Source: Bacilli bacterium (lineage in GTDB: Bacteria; Bacillota_I; Bacilli_A; ML615J-28; CAG-698). Taken from it: a stretch of DNA of 64,000 nt. The position numbers and the translations under genes are program-made. The notes beneath the pieces were generated by a model. The model worked only from the letters and a program-made list of their open reading frames with translations. It was not told the DNA's origin and did no database searches. This document shows positions 38,023 to 47,475 of this stretch, piece by piece; the first letter of the stretch is position 1, and each line of letters begins with the position of its first letter. The stretch lies in NCBI GenBank assembly GCA_050953065.1, contig JBMNLZ010000002.1:319305-383304 (forward strand), in the 5' to 3' direction.

Positions 38023-40719
38023 ATGAAAAAAATATTATATTTGGGAATGTTTTTATTGTTTAGTTTCATCATTACAGGTTGTAGTGAGATGGTAGCTAAT
38101 GCTAATGTTACTATTACAGTTGAAGATTATGCTATTTCTTTAAATGTTGGAGATATAGAAATAATTAAACCGGTTGTAACAGGAATAGAAGGAGCTAATC
38201 TTAATTACACTTCAAGCGATGAAACTGTTTTTATTGTTGAAAATGGTGCCATTTCAGCATTAAAGGTAGGAGTAGCAACACTGAATATTTCAGTTGTAGG
38301 AACTAATGCTACTGCTATAGTAAATGTTACAGTTGTTGATCCAAGTGAGGGTAGTGAAGACATTTCAGAGATTTTAGTTATAGCAAGTAAAACTAAATTA
38401 CATGTTAATGAAAGCCTTAAATTGAATGTTATGGTTGATTCAAATATTTATGCAGGTGAAGTTCAATGGTTTTCAAATAATACTTCAATTGCAAGAGTTG
38501 ATGCATCTGGTCTGGTTACTACTTTAAAACCAGGTACAGTAACAATTACTGCACTAGTTGGTAGTGCTTGGAATTCAGTTAATATTACAGTTCAAGCTGC
38601 ACCAAATGTAATTGTTCCTGTTGTTTCAACAATTATGTTATCAGGTTCAAGTTTTGTTAATGTAAATGGAGCGGTAATGTTATCTGTTTCAACTAATACT
38701 GGTGAAGTACCTGAATTAGTTTGGTCAACAAGTGATGAAACAATTGCAACAGTTAATGATGGTGTTATTACAGGTGTTGGTGCAGGGATTGCAATAATCA
38801 CAGCTTCTTTAAATGATAATGAAGCAGTTAAAGGAACTTTCACTATTTTAGTAAAAGAAGATTTAGAAACAAATACTGATAGTAAAATAACAACTATTAC
38901 TTTGAGTGCTCCTAATGAAGTACTACAAGGTAATAAAATTAAGTTAGCAGTTAGTTGGGTGCCAAGTACTGAGGCTGCATCATTTACTTATGCTTCAAGT
39001 GATACTTCAATTGCAACAGTTGATGCTTTTGGTTGGGTAACAGGAGTTAAAGGTGGAGTTGTTCAAATTAGTGCAACATTAGTTGCAGACTCTACAAAGA
39101 GTGCAGTTCATACAGTTAATGTAATTCCTCTTCCTTCAAGTTTAGCTATCACTGGTCCAACAAGTCTATCTTATGGACAAAAAGTTACGCTTGAAGTTGC
39201 AGCAATGCCATCTGGAGCAAGTAATGCTGTAACTTGGACTTCAAGTAATACTGCTGTTGCAACAGTTGATAGTAGTGGTAGAGTAACTGGTATTGCTGCA
39301 GGAAGTGCAACAATCACAGCAACTTCAATTGTTTCAAATAGTATTTTAGCATCTCATAATATTACAGTTAATGATTCAAATTCAATTACTTTAAATCCGA
39401 CAAGTCTTTCATTAATTGCAGGAGCAAATCAAACAATTACAGCAACTGTTAATGCTAGTAATTTAACAGATAAATCAGTTACATGGAGTAGTAGTAATAC
39501 TGGTGTTGCTACAGTTGATAATAATGGTAAAATTACAGCAGTAGCAGCAGGTAGTTCAACTATTACAGCAACATCTAAAGCTGATGCAACATTAAAAGCA
39601 ACATGTGCTGTAACAGTAACAGCTGTTCCAAGTGGTGGTGGTACTGGTGGATTAACAATCACACAAAGTCCAACTGGAACAATCGCAGTAGGAGCAAGTG
39701 GTTATCAATTATATATTACAGATTCAAGTGGTGCAAGTGTCTCTCGTCTTGAATGTACTTTCTCATCAAGTAACTCTAGTGTAGCAACAGTTTCTGCATA
39801 TGGAACAATCTCAGCTTTAGCAAATGGAACTGCAACAATCAATGTAACTCATGCATCAAAAGGAACTGGTTCAATTACTTTAACAATTGGATCTGGTGGT
39901 GGCTCAACTCCTCCAGTTACGCCTCCAGCAACAGGCTTAGTAATCACACAAAGCCCATCAGGTACAATTAATGTTGGAGCAAGTGGCTATCAATTATATG
40001 TAAAAGATACAAGTGGAACAAGCATTTCAAGAACTGAATGTACTTTCTCATCAAGTAATAGTGGAGTTGCTACAGTTTCTGCATATGGAACAATTTCAGC
40101 TTTATCAGGTGGCTCTGCTAAGATTACAGTAACTCATCCTTCAAAAGGATCAGGTACAATTACTCTAACTATTACAGGTTCAAGTGGTGCTGTAGAAAAT
40201 AAACGTAATACAATTATAGAAATAGCATTAAATGAAGTAGGTTATACTGAAGGATATAATAATAATACTAAGTACGGTGCTTGGTATGGAATGAACTATC
40301 AACCATGGTGTGCAATGTTTGTTTCTTGGTGTGCATATAAAGCAGGCATTCCAACTTCAATTGTTTATAAATATGCTTCAGTTTATTGGGGACTTCAATG
40401 GTATAAAGATAAAGGATCTGCTTATTATAAATCATATTATCAAACTCAAACAGGCGCTTATACTCCAAGATGTGGAGATATCGTATTCTTCCAAAGCAAT
40501 GGAGCATCTCATACTGGTTTAGTTATTAGATGTGAAGGAAGTAAAATGTATACAGTAGAAGGAAATACATCTGATAGAGTATTGAAACGTTGGTATTATT
40601 ATAAGAGTTATAATAAGATTACAGGTTATGGTGTACCAGGATATCCAGCAAGTTCAACTCCAATTAAAAACTTTAGTGTTAGTGGAGCAACTTTTGGTGG
40701 CGGTGTATCAACAACTTAA
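38023..40719 (+). CDS. Surface lipoprotein with about 8 Big_2 domains, two near-identical roughly 95-aa repeats and a C-terminal CHAP (amidase/peptidase) domain
   Basis: Lipobox ITGC; repeated SS(D/N)…ATV(D/N)…G.V.A...G.A.ITA Big_2 signatures; CHAP motifs (…QPWCAMFVSWCAYKAG…GDIVFF…SHTGLV…). Confidence 0.75.
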   Translation: MKKILYLGMFLLFSFIITGCSEMVANANVTITVEDYAISLNVGDIEIIKPVVTGIEGANLNYTSSDETVFIVENGAISALKVGVATLNISVVGTNATAIVNVTVVDPSEGSEDISEILVIASKTKLHVNESLKLNVMVDSNIYAGEVQWFSNNTSIARVDASGLVTTLKPGTVTITALVGSAWNSVNITVQAAPNVIVPVVSTIMLSGSSFVNVNGAVMLSVSTNTGEVPELVWSTSDETIATVNDGVITGVGAGIAIITASLNDNEAVKGTFTILVKEDLETNTDSKITTITLSAPNEVLQGNKIKLAVSWVPSTEAASFTYASSDTSIATVDAFGWVTGVKGGVVQISATLVADSTKSAVHTVNVIPLPSSLAITGPTSLSYGQKVTLEVAAMPSGASNAVTWTSSNTAVATVDSSGRVTGIAAGSATITATSIVSNSILASHNITVNDSNSITLNPTSLSLIAGANQTITATVNASNLTDKSVTWSSSNTGVATVDNNGKITAVAAGSSTITATSKADATLKATCAVTVTAVPSGGGTGGLTITQSPTGTIAVGASGYQLYITDSSGASVSRLECTFSSSNSSVATVSAYGTISALANGTATINVTHASKGTGSITLTIGSGGGSTPPVTPPATGLVITQSPSGTINVGASGYQLYVKDTSGTSISRTECTFSSSNSGVATVSAYGTISALSGGSAKITVTHPSKGSGTITLTITGSSGAVENKRNTIIEIALNEVGYTEGYNNNTKYGAWYGMNYQPWCAMFVSWCAYKAGIPTSIVYKYASVYWGLQWYKDKGSAYYKSYYQTQTGAYTPRCGDIVFFQSNGASHTGLVIRCEGSKMYTVEGNTSDRVLKRWYYYKSYNKITGYGVPGYPASSTPIKNFSVSGATFGGGVSTT

Positions 40720-40734
40720 AAAATGTCTCCTTTT

Positions 40735-40763
40735 CTCCTCACTTTAAGTGAGGAGTTTTTTTA
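40735..40763 (+). terminator. Rho-independent terminator
   Basis: ctcctcact-tta-agtgaggag hairpin plus T7 run. Confidence 0.75.
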
Positions 40764-40764
40764 T

Positions 40765-40793
40765 TTGACATAAATAAAAAAAAAGAGTATAAT
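40765..40793 (+). promoter_or_regulatory. Sigma-A type promoter for the thrS leader
   Basis: TTGACA (40765-40770), a 17-nt spacer, then TATAAT (40788-40793). Confidence 0.6.
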
Positions 40794-40799
40794 CTCTAC

Positions 40800-41035
40800 T
40801 AGATACGTTGATAAAGGACATGGTTAATAAATTAATTTTTTTACAAGAGAAAGTAGGCTGGTGGAAACTACTTAAAAATATTTATTAATTACTACCTTTG
40901 GAGTAGATTGAAAAAACAATCCGTAGTCTTTGCGTTAAAAGAGTTAAAAGTTGCATCTATTTATTATAGATGAATTAAGGTGGTACCGCGAAAAATTCGT
41001 CCTTATGTTTTTACATAGGGATTTTATATTTATAA
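40800..41035 (+). promoter_or_regulatory. T-box riboswitch leader of thrS
   Basis: Conserved T-box sequence AATTAAGGTGGTACCGCG, followed by a terminator hairpin ccttatg-ttttta-catagg(g) and a U-run just before the thrS RBS. The specifier codon was not pinpointed. Confidence 0.75.
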
Positions 41036-41046
41036 GGAGAAAAATT

Positions 41047-42960
41047 ATGAAAATTACATTTCCAGACAAAAGAGTAGCAGAATTTGAAAAAGGAGTTTCA
41101 GCTTTAGATATTGCAAATTCTATTTCTAAAACTTTAGCTAAAAAATGCGTTTATGCTAAAGTAAACGATGTTGATTATGATTTAAATCGTCCGATTCTAA
41201 AAGATTCAACCCTTGTTTTAGTAACATTAGATGATGAGGGGATTAATGATTTTTTAAATCACTCTTGTAGCCATTTAATGGCAAGTGCGATTAAAAGGCT
41301 TTATCCAAAAGCAATGTTTGGAGTAGGTCCAGCCATTGAAGAAGGATTTTACTATGATGTTAATCCAGGAGAAGGCGAAAAGATTACTGAAGAAGATTTA
41401 GAAAAAATCGAAAAGGTAATGCTTGAGATTGCCAATCATGAAATGACTTTTGAAAGAATAGAGGTTTCTAAAGAAGAAGCTTTAAAGTTTTTTAAAAAGG
41501 ATAAATATAAACAAGAAATCATTAATGAATTAGAAGAAGGAGTTACTATTACTCTTTATAAACATGATGATTTTTGTGATTTGTGTCGTGGACCTCATGT
41601 TCCTAATACTAAGTTTTTAAAGTTTTTTAAACTTCTTAATATTAGTGGAGCTTATTGGAGAGGGGATAGTAAAAACGAACAATTACAACGTGTATACGGG
41701 ACTTGTTTTAAAGATCAAATTTCACTTGAAAAACATCTTCAGATTTTAAAAGAAAGAGCTGAGCGTGATCATAGAAAACTTGGTAAAGAATTAGAACTTT
41801 TTATGATTAGTGATTATGGACCAGGCTTTCCTTTCTGGTTACCTAAAGGAATGGTTTTAAGAAAAGCATTAGAGAATTATTGGTATAAAGTTCATACAAG
41901 AGAAAACTATGAAATGATTCAAACACCAATTATGCTTAATAAAGAATTATGGGAAATATCAGGGCATTGGGCAAATTATAAAGATAATATGTATACATCA
42001 GAAATAGATAAACATGAATTTGCAATTAAACCGATGAATTGTCCTGGAAGTCTACTTGTTTATAAACATAGTCTTCATTCTTATAAAGATTTTCCATGGA
42101 GAGTTGGAGAATTAGGACTTGTTCATAGGCATGAGGCTAGTGGAGCATTGAATGGTTTGTTTAGAGTTAGAGCTTTTACACAAGATGATGCTCATATCTA
42201 TATGAGAGAAGATCAAATAGAATCTGAGGTTTGTGAGTTGATTCGTTTATATGATGAAATCTATTCAGTCTTTAATTTAGATTATCATATTGAACTTTCA
42301 ACAAGGCCAGTTGAAAAGTTTATCGGAACAGTTGAAGTTTGGGATAAGTCTGAAAAAGCATTAGCTAATGCTTGTATAAAAGCTGGTAAAACTTATAAAA
42401 TAAATGAAGGAGATGGGGCCTTTTATGGACCAAAACTAGATTTTAAATTAAAAGATTCAATGAATAGAATTTGGCAATGTGGTACTATTCAACTAGATAT
42501 GAATTTACCAGTTAGATTTGATATTTCATATATTGATGAGAAGGGTGAAAAAAAGCGTCCTGTAATGTTGCATAGAGCTTTACTTGGATCTATTGAAAGG
42601 TTTATTGGAATTATTATTGAACACTTTGGTGGAGCATTTCCAACTTGGCTTGCGCCAGTTCAGGTAAAACTAATTCCAGTTAATAATGAGTATCATTTAG
42701 AATATGCTAAAAAGATTGAAAAAATCTTAAAAGAAAATGATATTAGAGTTGAAATTGATGAGCGTGAAGAAAAGTTAGGTTATAAAATTAGAGAAGCTCA
42801 AACAAAGAAAATTCCTTATCAATTAGTATGTGGTGATAATGAAGTAAAAAGTGATACTTTAACTTATAGAAAATATGGAGAAAAAGATTCTTTTAATTTA
42901 AAAGTTGAAGAGTTTGTTTCTAAACTTATTGAAGAAATTAAATCATTAGGTAAAAAATAA
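41047..42960 (+). CDS. thrS: Threonine--tRNA ligase
   Basis: TGS domain, second additional domain, class II core (motifs FRVRAFTQDDAHI, GGAFPTWLAP) and anticodon-binding domain. Start at MKITFPDKR (41047); the upstream in-frame TTG of the ORF track lies inside the T-box leader. Confidence 0.95.
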   Translation: MKITFPDKRVAEFEKGVSALDIANSISKTLAKKCVYAKVNDVDYDLNRPILKDSTLVLVTLDDEGINDFLNHSCSHLMASAIKRLYPKAMFGVGPAIEEGFYYDVNPGEGEKITEEDLEKIEKVMLEIANHEMTFERIEVSKEEALKFFKKDKYKQEIINELEEGVTITLYKHDDFCDLCRGPHVPNTKFLKFFKLLNISGAYWRGDSKNEQLQRVYGTCFKDQISLEKHLQILKERAERDHRKLGKELELFMISDYGPGFPFWLPKGMVLRKALENYWYKVHTRENYEMIQTPIMLNKELWEISGHWANYKDNMYTSEIDKHEFAIKPMNCPGSLLVYKHSLHSYKDFPWRVGELGLVHRHEASGALNGLFRVRAFTQDDAHIYMREDQIESEVCELIRLYDEIYSVFNLDYHIELSTRPVEKFIGTVEVWDKSEKALANACIKAGKTYKINEGDGAFYGPKLDFKLKDSMNRIWQCGTIQLDMNLPVRFDISYIDEKGEKKRPVMLHRALLGSIERFIGIIIEHFGGAFPTWLAPVQVKLIPVNNEYHLEYAKKIEKILKENDIRVEIDEREEKLGYKIREAQTKKIPYQLVCGDNEVKSDTLTYRKYGEKDSFNLKVEEFVSKLIEEIKSLGKK

Positions 42961-42988
42961 AATATTTTTAAAAAAGGAGGACTAAATT

Positions 42989-43744
42989 TTGGAGTTAAAT
43001 AAAGAATATGAAAAACTCTATACTATGTATTTTTTTATAGGACTAGTTGGTCTTCTTTTTGGTAGTGTATTTATTTTAATTACTTTCCTTTCTTTTAGAG
43101 TTTTTTTTGATAATCCAGAGTTAGTTATAGAATATTTTAAAACAACTTCTACAAATAATATTCCTCAAAAGATTCATCTTTATTCAATGTTTGGAACTTT
43201 AATTGCGAATGTTTTTTTAGTTTTTATTTTTTCGTTATTACTTTTTAAACCTTTAAAACATGATTTAATCAAGTTTAAAAGTAAGTGGTTAAGAAATGTT
43301 GTAATTATTGTAGTAGGATCTATTTTAATGAAAGTAGGTTTTATTGGAGTTTGTTATATATATGAAAATTTGTTAGGAATTGATTTATCGACAACTTCAC
43401 TTAACCAAGAGCTAATAGAACAAGCAATTGCCTCTCCTATGGCTTGGGCTGTTTTTATTGCAGTTGTGATAATTGCACCAGTTTTAGAAGAAATGATCTT
43501 TAGGAAATGTTTGTTTGGAATGTTTCAAGATAGTTTTAAAGTTAACAGAGCTTTAACAATATTTTTCTCAACTCTTTTATTTAGTTTTATTCATGTTTTA
43601 GATTTTGGAAGTCTACATCTTATTTTCTTATATGTTCCATATGCTTTAGTTTTATCTTTAGCATATAGTTATAGTGATGATAATTATTATGTTCCACTTA
43701 CAATGCATTTAATTAATAATTTATTAGGGTTTTTTGGAATATGA
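42989..43744 (+). CDS. CPBP family intramembrane metalloprotease (CAAX protease-like)
   Basis: EExxxR motif (LEEMIFRK), FxxxH (FSFIHV) and C-terminal H(L)INN within TM helices. Confidence 0.7.
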   Translation: MELNKEYEKLYTMYFFIGLVGLLFGSVFILITFLSFRVFFDNPELVIEYFKTTSTNNIPQKIHLYSMFGTLIANVFLVFIFSLLLFKPLKHDLIKFKSKWLRNVVIIVVGSILMKVGFIGVCYIYENLLGIDLSTTSLNQELIEQAIASPMAWAVFIAVVIIAPVLEEMIFRKCLFGMFQDSFKVNRALTIFFSTLLFSFIHVLDFGSLHLIFLYVPYALVLSLAYSYSDDNYYVPLTMHLINNLLGFFGI

Positions 43745-44646
43745 GTAGATATAAAAGATTAACTAAAATTGCAAGAAAAGCTTTACTGGCTGGAGAATAT
43801 GAAAAAGCAATTATAAATTATGAAGAAGCATTTGAAGAATATAGTTTATTAAATGATGTGGTTGATTATGGAATAACACAACATAAAAATAATTCGCTTC
43901 TTAAAGCATATGAAGTCTTTACTGAGATTACAGTTAAGATTCCAGAATATGCTTATGCTTATTTTGCTTTAGCAATGGTTTGTGAGGATTTAGGTAAAAC
44001 AGAAGAAGCAATTATAAATTATAAGCAAGCAATTAAATATCAAAAAGATTTTAGGGAAGCATATTTTAATTTAGGTTGTTTATATGATAGATTAGAAAAA
44101 AGTGAAGAATCAATTGAACTTTATAAAAAAACATTAGAGTATGATAGCAAGCATTTTTGGGCGCATCTAAATTTAGGTGCTCATTATGAAAAAAACTCAA
44201 AAGATGAAAAAGCATTAGAGCATATGTTAAAGGCTTACAAGATTGATAAAACCAAAAGAATGGTTAATTATAATTTAGGTGTAATTTATACTAAATTAAA
44301 AGACTATGATAAAGCTTTGCATCATTATAAAGAAGAGCTAAATTTAGAAGAGTCTTATTATATGGTTTATTTAAATATTGCTTTACTTTATAAAGATATT
44401 TATAAAGATTATGATAAAGCTAAACATTACTATTTAAAAGGTATCGCAACAAATAAAGAAGATTATGTCTTATGGTATAATTTGGCTTGTTTATATGTTT
44501 TATTAGAAGAAGATGATGAAGCTTATAAATGTTTTTATTATGCTTGTAGTAAAGATGAGGCTTTGCTTGACTTTTTAAAGCAAGATGATGAATTAATAGA
44601 ATTTAGAAAAACAAAAACTTATACTAAATTATTAGAAAAAATTTAA
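43741..44646 (+). CDS. Tetratricopeptide repeat protein
   Basis: Several 34-aa TPR units (…AYFNLGCLY…, …AHLNLGAHY…, …VNYNLGVIY…). ATGA overlap with the upstream gene. Confidence 0.7.
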   Translation: MSRYKRLTKIARKALLAGEYEKAIINYEEAFEEYSLLNDVVDYGITQHKNNSLLKAYEVFTEITVKIPEYAYAYFALAMVCEDLGKTEEAIINYKQAIKYQKDFREAYFNLGCLYDRLEKSEESIELYKKTLEYDSKHFWAHLNLGAHYEKNSKDEKALEHMLKAYKIDKTKRMVNYNLGVIYTKLKDYDKALHHYKEELNLEESYYMVYLNIALLYKDIYKDYDKAKHYYLKGIATNKEDYVLWYNLACLYVLLEEDDEAYKCFYYACSKDEALLDFLKQDDELIEFRKTKTYTKLLEKI

Positions 44647-44669
44647 GTCACCAAAAGGGTGACTTTTTA
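44645..44669 (+). terminator. Rho-independent terminator
   Basis: aagtcacc-aaaag-ggtgactt hairpin plus T-run. Confidence 0.75.
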
Positions 44670-44734
44670 ATCTTTCTAGTATTTGATTTATTTATTAAAA
44701 AAGAGTATAATTAATATAAATTAAGAGGTTATAA

Positions 44735-46039
44735 ATGATAGTAAATGTAATTGGAGCAGGACTTGCTGGGAGTGAGGCAACATATCAATTAATTAAAAGA
44801 GGCATCAAAGTAAATTTATATGAAATGAGACCTAAGGTAATGACTGAAGCTCATCAAACAGCTTTTTTTTCAGAGTTGATTTGTAGTAATTCTTTTAGAG
44901 CATTATCAATTGAAAATGCAGTTGGCCTGTTAAAAGAAGAAATGATTAGACTTGATTCTTTAATCATGAAAGCAGCTTTTAATGCTAAAATTGAAGCAGG
45001 TGGAGCATTAGCTGTTGATAGAGAGATTTTTGCTACATACATTACCGATTATTTAAAGAATAATCCATTAGTAAATGTAGTTAATGAAGAAGTAAAAGAT
45101 CTTTTAAAAGGTCCTACCATTATTGCAACAGGACCTTTAACTAGTAAAGATTTTTCTTTAAAAATAAAAGAGTTTTGTGGGGAAGAAGATTTATATTTTT
45201 TTGATGCTATTGCACCAATTATTTTAGAAGAAAGTATTTCTAAAGAGATTGCTTATTTAAAATCAAGATATGATAAAGGAGAAGCATCATATTATAATTG
45301 TCCAATGACTGAGGCTGAATTTGATAAGTTCTATGATGCTTTGATAAATGCAGAATGCATTACTCCAAAGGATTTTGAATTGAAAGTTTTTGAAGGATGT
45401 ATGCCAATAGAAGAAATGGCTAAAAGAGGTAAACAAACTCTACTTTTTGGTCCATTAAAGCCAGTTGGACTAACTAATCCAAAAACAGATAAAACTCCTT
45501 TTGCAGTTGTTCAACTTCGTCAAGATGATGTAGCTAAGACGATGTATAATATGGTTGGTTTTCAAACTCATTTAAAGTTTGGTGAACAAAAAAGAGTTTT
45601 TAGTTTAATTCCAGGGTTAGAAAACTTAGAGATTGTTAGATATGGTGTGATGCATAAAAATACTTTTATTAATTCTCCAAAAGTATTAAATAAATTTTAT
45701 CAATCAAATAAAAGAAATGATTTATTTTTTGCAGGTCAAATTACTGGAGTTGAAGGTTATTTAGAAAGTGCTTCATCTGGTCTGGTTGCTGGGATTAATA
45801 TGTCGTTATTTTTAAAAGGTCAAGAATTAATTGATTTTACTAAAGCAACATCAATTGGAGCACTAGCTCACTATATAAGTTCAGCTAATAAAGTTTTTCA
45901 ACCGATGAATGTTAATTTTGGAATTTTTGATGAAGTTGATGTTAGAAAGAAAAATCAAAGAAAGAAAGAGTATGCATCTAGGAGTTTAGATATAATAAAT
46001 AAGATTAAGGAAGTGCTAGATGAAAGATTTAATAAATAA
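44735..46039 (+). CDS. trmFO: Methylenetetrahydrofolate--tRNA-(uracil54-C5)-methyltransferase
   Basis: N-terminal FAD motif [11 protein letters not shown]; overall TrmFO (Gid) length; position upstream of xerC as in Bacillus. Confidence 0.9.
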   Translation: MIVNVIGAGLAGSEATYQLIKRGIKVNLYEMRPKVMTEAHQTAFFSELICSNSFRALSIENAVGLLKEEMIRLDSLIMKAAFNAKIEAGGALAVDREIFATYITDYLKNNPLVNVVNEEVKDLLKGPTIIATGPLTSKDFSLKIKEFCGEEDLYFFDAIAPIILEESISKEIAYLKSRYDKGEASYYNCPMTEAEFDKFYDALINAECITPKDFELKVFEGCMPIEEMAKRGKQTLLFGPLKPVGLTNPKTDKTPFAVVQLRQDDVAKTMYNMVGFQTHLKFGEQKRVFSLIPGLENLEIVRYGVMHKNTFINSPKVLNKFYQSNKRNDLFFAGQITGVEGYLESASSGLVAGINMSLFLKGQELIDFTKATSIGALAHYISSANKVFQPMNVNFGIFDEVDVRKKNQRKKEYASRSLDIINKIKEVLDERFNK

Positions 46040-46925
46040 ATATGAAACATATTTAATTGTTGAAAGAAAATATTCAGCTCATACAGTGATTAATTATGTA
46101 AAGGATGTTAATGAATTCTTTGATTATTTAAAGGGTAGTAAATTAGATTTTTTATCAGTTGGTCAAAATATTACAAGATATTATTTAGCATTCTTAAAAA
46201 AGAAAAACTTAACTCCAAGAAGCATTGCACGTAAGATGTCTAGTTTAAGATCTTTTTATAGATTCTTAATGATTGAAGGTAAGGTTGAGGCTAATATTTT
46301 TAATGAAGTAGTTTCCCCTAAAATTGATAAAACTTTACCTAGGTTTTTATATTATAACGAAATAGATCAACTCTTTGATAGTATTGATACAGCAACTATT
46401 ATGGGAAGACGTGATTTTGCGATTCTAGAAGTATTATATGGGACTGGAATAAGAGTTGCTGAACTTTGTAATTTAAAACTTAGTGATATTAACTTTTATT
46501 CAAATCATATCAGAGTAATGGGAAAGGGCGGTAAAGAACGTCAAATCCCATTTCATGATAATGTTAGAGCAGCTTTACTTGATTATATGGATTATTCAAG
46601 AATGGATATTCAAACTAAGAATAAAAAAAATATTGTTAATGAGGTTTTTTTAAATCATAGAGGAGAGGCTTTAACAACTAGAGGGGTTAGAGTGATTTTA
46701 GATAATATTAATCAAAAAGCAGCAACAACTCTAAATATTAGCCCACATATGTTAAGACATTCATTTGCGACCCATTTACTTGATAATGGAGCTGATTTAA
46801 GAAGTGTTCAAGAATTATTAGGACATGTTAATTTATCAACAACTCAAATCTATACACATGTTTCAAAAGAACAGTTAAAAACTGAATATATGTTACATCA
46901 CCCAAGAGCAAGGAGGAAAGAATAA
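46020..46925 (+). CDS. xerC: Tyrosine recombinase XerC/XerD family
   Basis: R…HxxR…Y catalytic signature ([10 protein letters not shown]…[15 protein letters not shown]). Confidence 0.85.
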   Translation: MKDLINKYETYLIVERKYSAHTVINYVKDVNEFFDYLKGSKLDFLSVGQNITRYYLAFLKKKNLTPRSIARKMSSLRSFYRFLMIEGKVEANIFNEVVSPKIDKTLPRFLYYNEIDQLFDSIDTATIMGRRDFAILEVLYGTGIRVAELCNLKLSDINFYSNHIRVMGKGGKERQIPFHDNVRAALLDYMDYSRMDIQTKNKKNIVNEVFLNHRGEALTTRGVRVILDNINQKAATTLNISPHMLRHSFATHLLDNGADLRSVQELLGHVNLSTTQIYTHVSKEQLKTEYMLHHPRARRKE

Positions 46926-47402
46926 ATGAGAGGTTTTAAAAAAATAAGTAAAGAAGTTTTTGAAAAAGATGGTGGCGCAAATTATGCAGGAGTTATAATT
47001 CCTAAAAGAGCTACTGCTTCATCTGCAGGCTATGATTTTGTTTTACCATATGATTTAGAATTAGTAAGTGGAGCTAGTGCTATTATTAAAACAGGGATTA
47101 AAGCTTATATGGAAAGCGATGAGTTTTTAATGATAGTTATTAGAAGTAGTTTAGGTTTTAAATATAATTTAAGATTAAAAAATCAAATGGGTATTATTGA
47201 TAGTGATTATTATGATAATGCTGAGAATGAAGGACATATTATGATTGCTATTAAAAATGAAGGTAATAGTAATGTTTTACTTCAAAGAGGAAGTAAAGTA
47301 GCTCAAGGGATTTTTATGAAGTATTTAGTAGCAAGTGGAGAAAAGGAAAACAATTTAAAGCGAATTGGTGGAATTGGTAGTACTGATCCAAAGAAGATAT
47401 AA
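46926..47402 (+). CDS. dut: dUTP diphosphatase
   Basis: dUTPase motifs AGYDF, RSSLG, GIIDSDY, and C-terminal RIGGIGSTD. Confidence 0.7.
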   Translation: MRGFKKISKEVFEKDGGANYAGVIIPKRATASSAGYDFVLPYDLELVSGASAIIKTGIKAYMESDEFLMIVIRSSLGFKYNLRLKNQMGIIDSDYYDNAENEGHIMIAIKNEGNSNVLLQRGSKVAQGIFMKYLVASGEKENNLKRIGGIGSTDPKKI

Positions 47403-47475
47403 AATAAATTTAATAGAAAGAAAATTATTGATGTAGTTTATTATATAATTATTAGGTATGAAAAAAGGGGGAAAT

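Noticed and set aside
38592-39662. Minus-strand ORFs 38592-38843 and 39429-39662
   Set aside because: Antisense within the Big_2 repeat gene; Thr/Val-rich artefacts of the repeat.
40268-40522. Overlapping ORFs 40268-40507 (-) and 40310-40522 (+)
   Set aside because: Both lie inside the CHAP-domain coding region in the wrong frame or strand.
40951-41046. N-terminal 32-aa extension of thrS from the ORF track, and similar upstream in-frame extensions of recA (2417), coaE (20500), the 8289 and 9457 ORFs, rpsB (56847) and the 60236 and 47458 ORFs
   Set aside because: In each case a canonical start with an RBS and a conserved protein N-terminus lies downstream. The extensions run through leaders, terminators or the preceding gene.
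44854-45042. 62-aa minus-strand ORF
   Set aside because: Antisense inside trmFO.
46020-46925. XerC as a dedicated inversion recombinase for the neighbouring lipoprotein family (shufflon hypothesis)
   Set aside because: trmFO-xerC is the conserved housekeeping arrangement (gid-codV in Bacillus). Each family member has its own promoter, and no inverted-repeat recombination sites flank the family genes.
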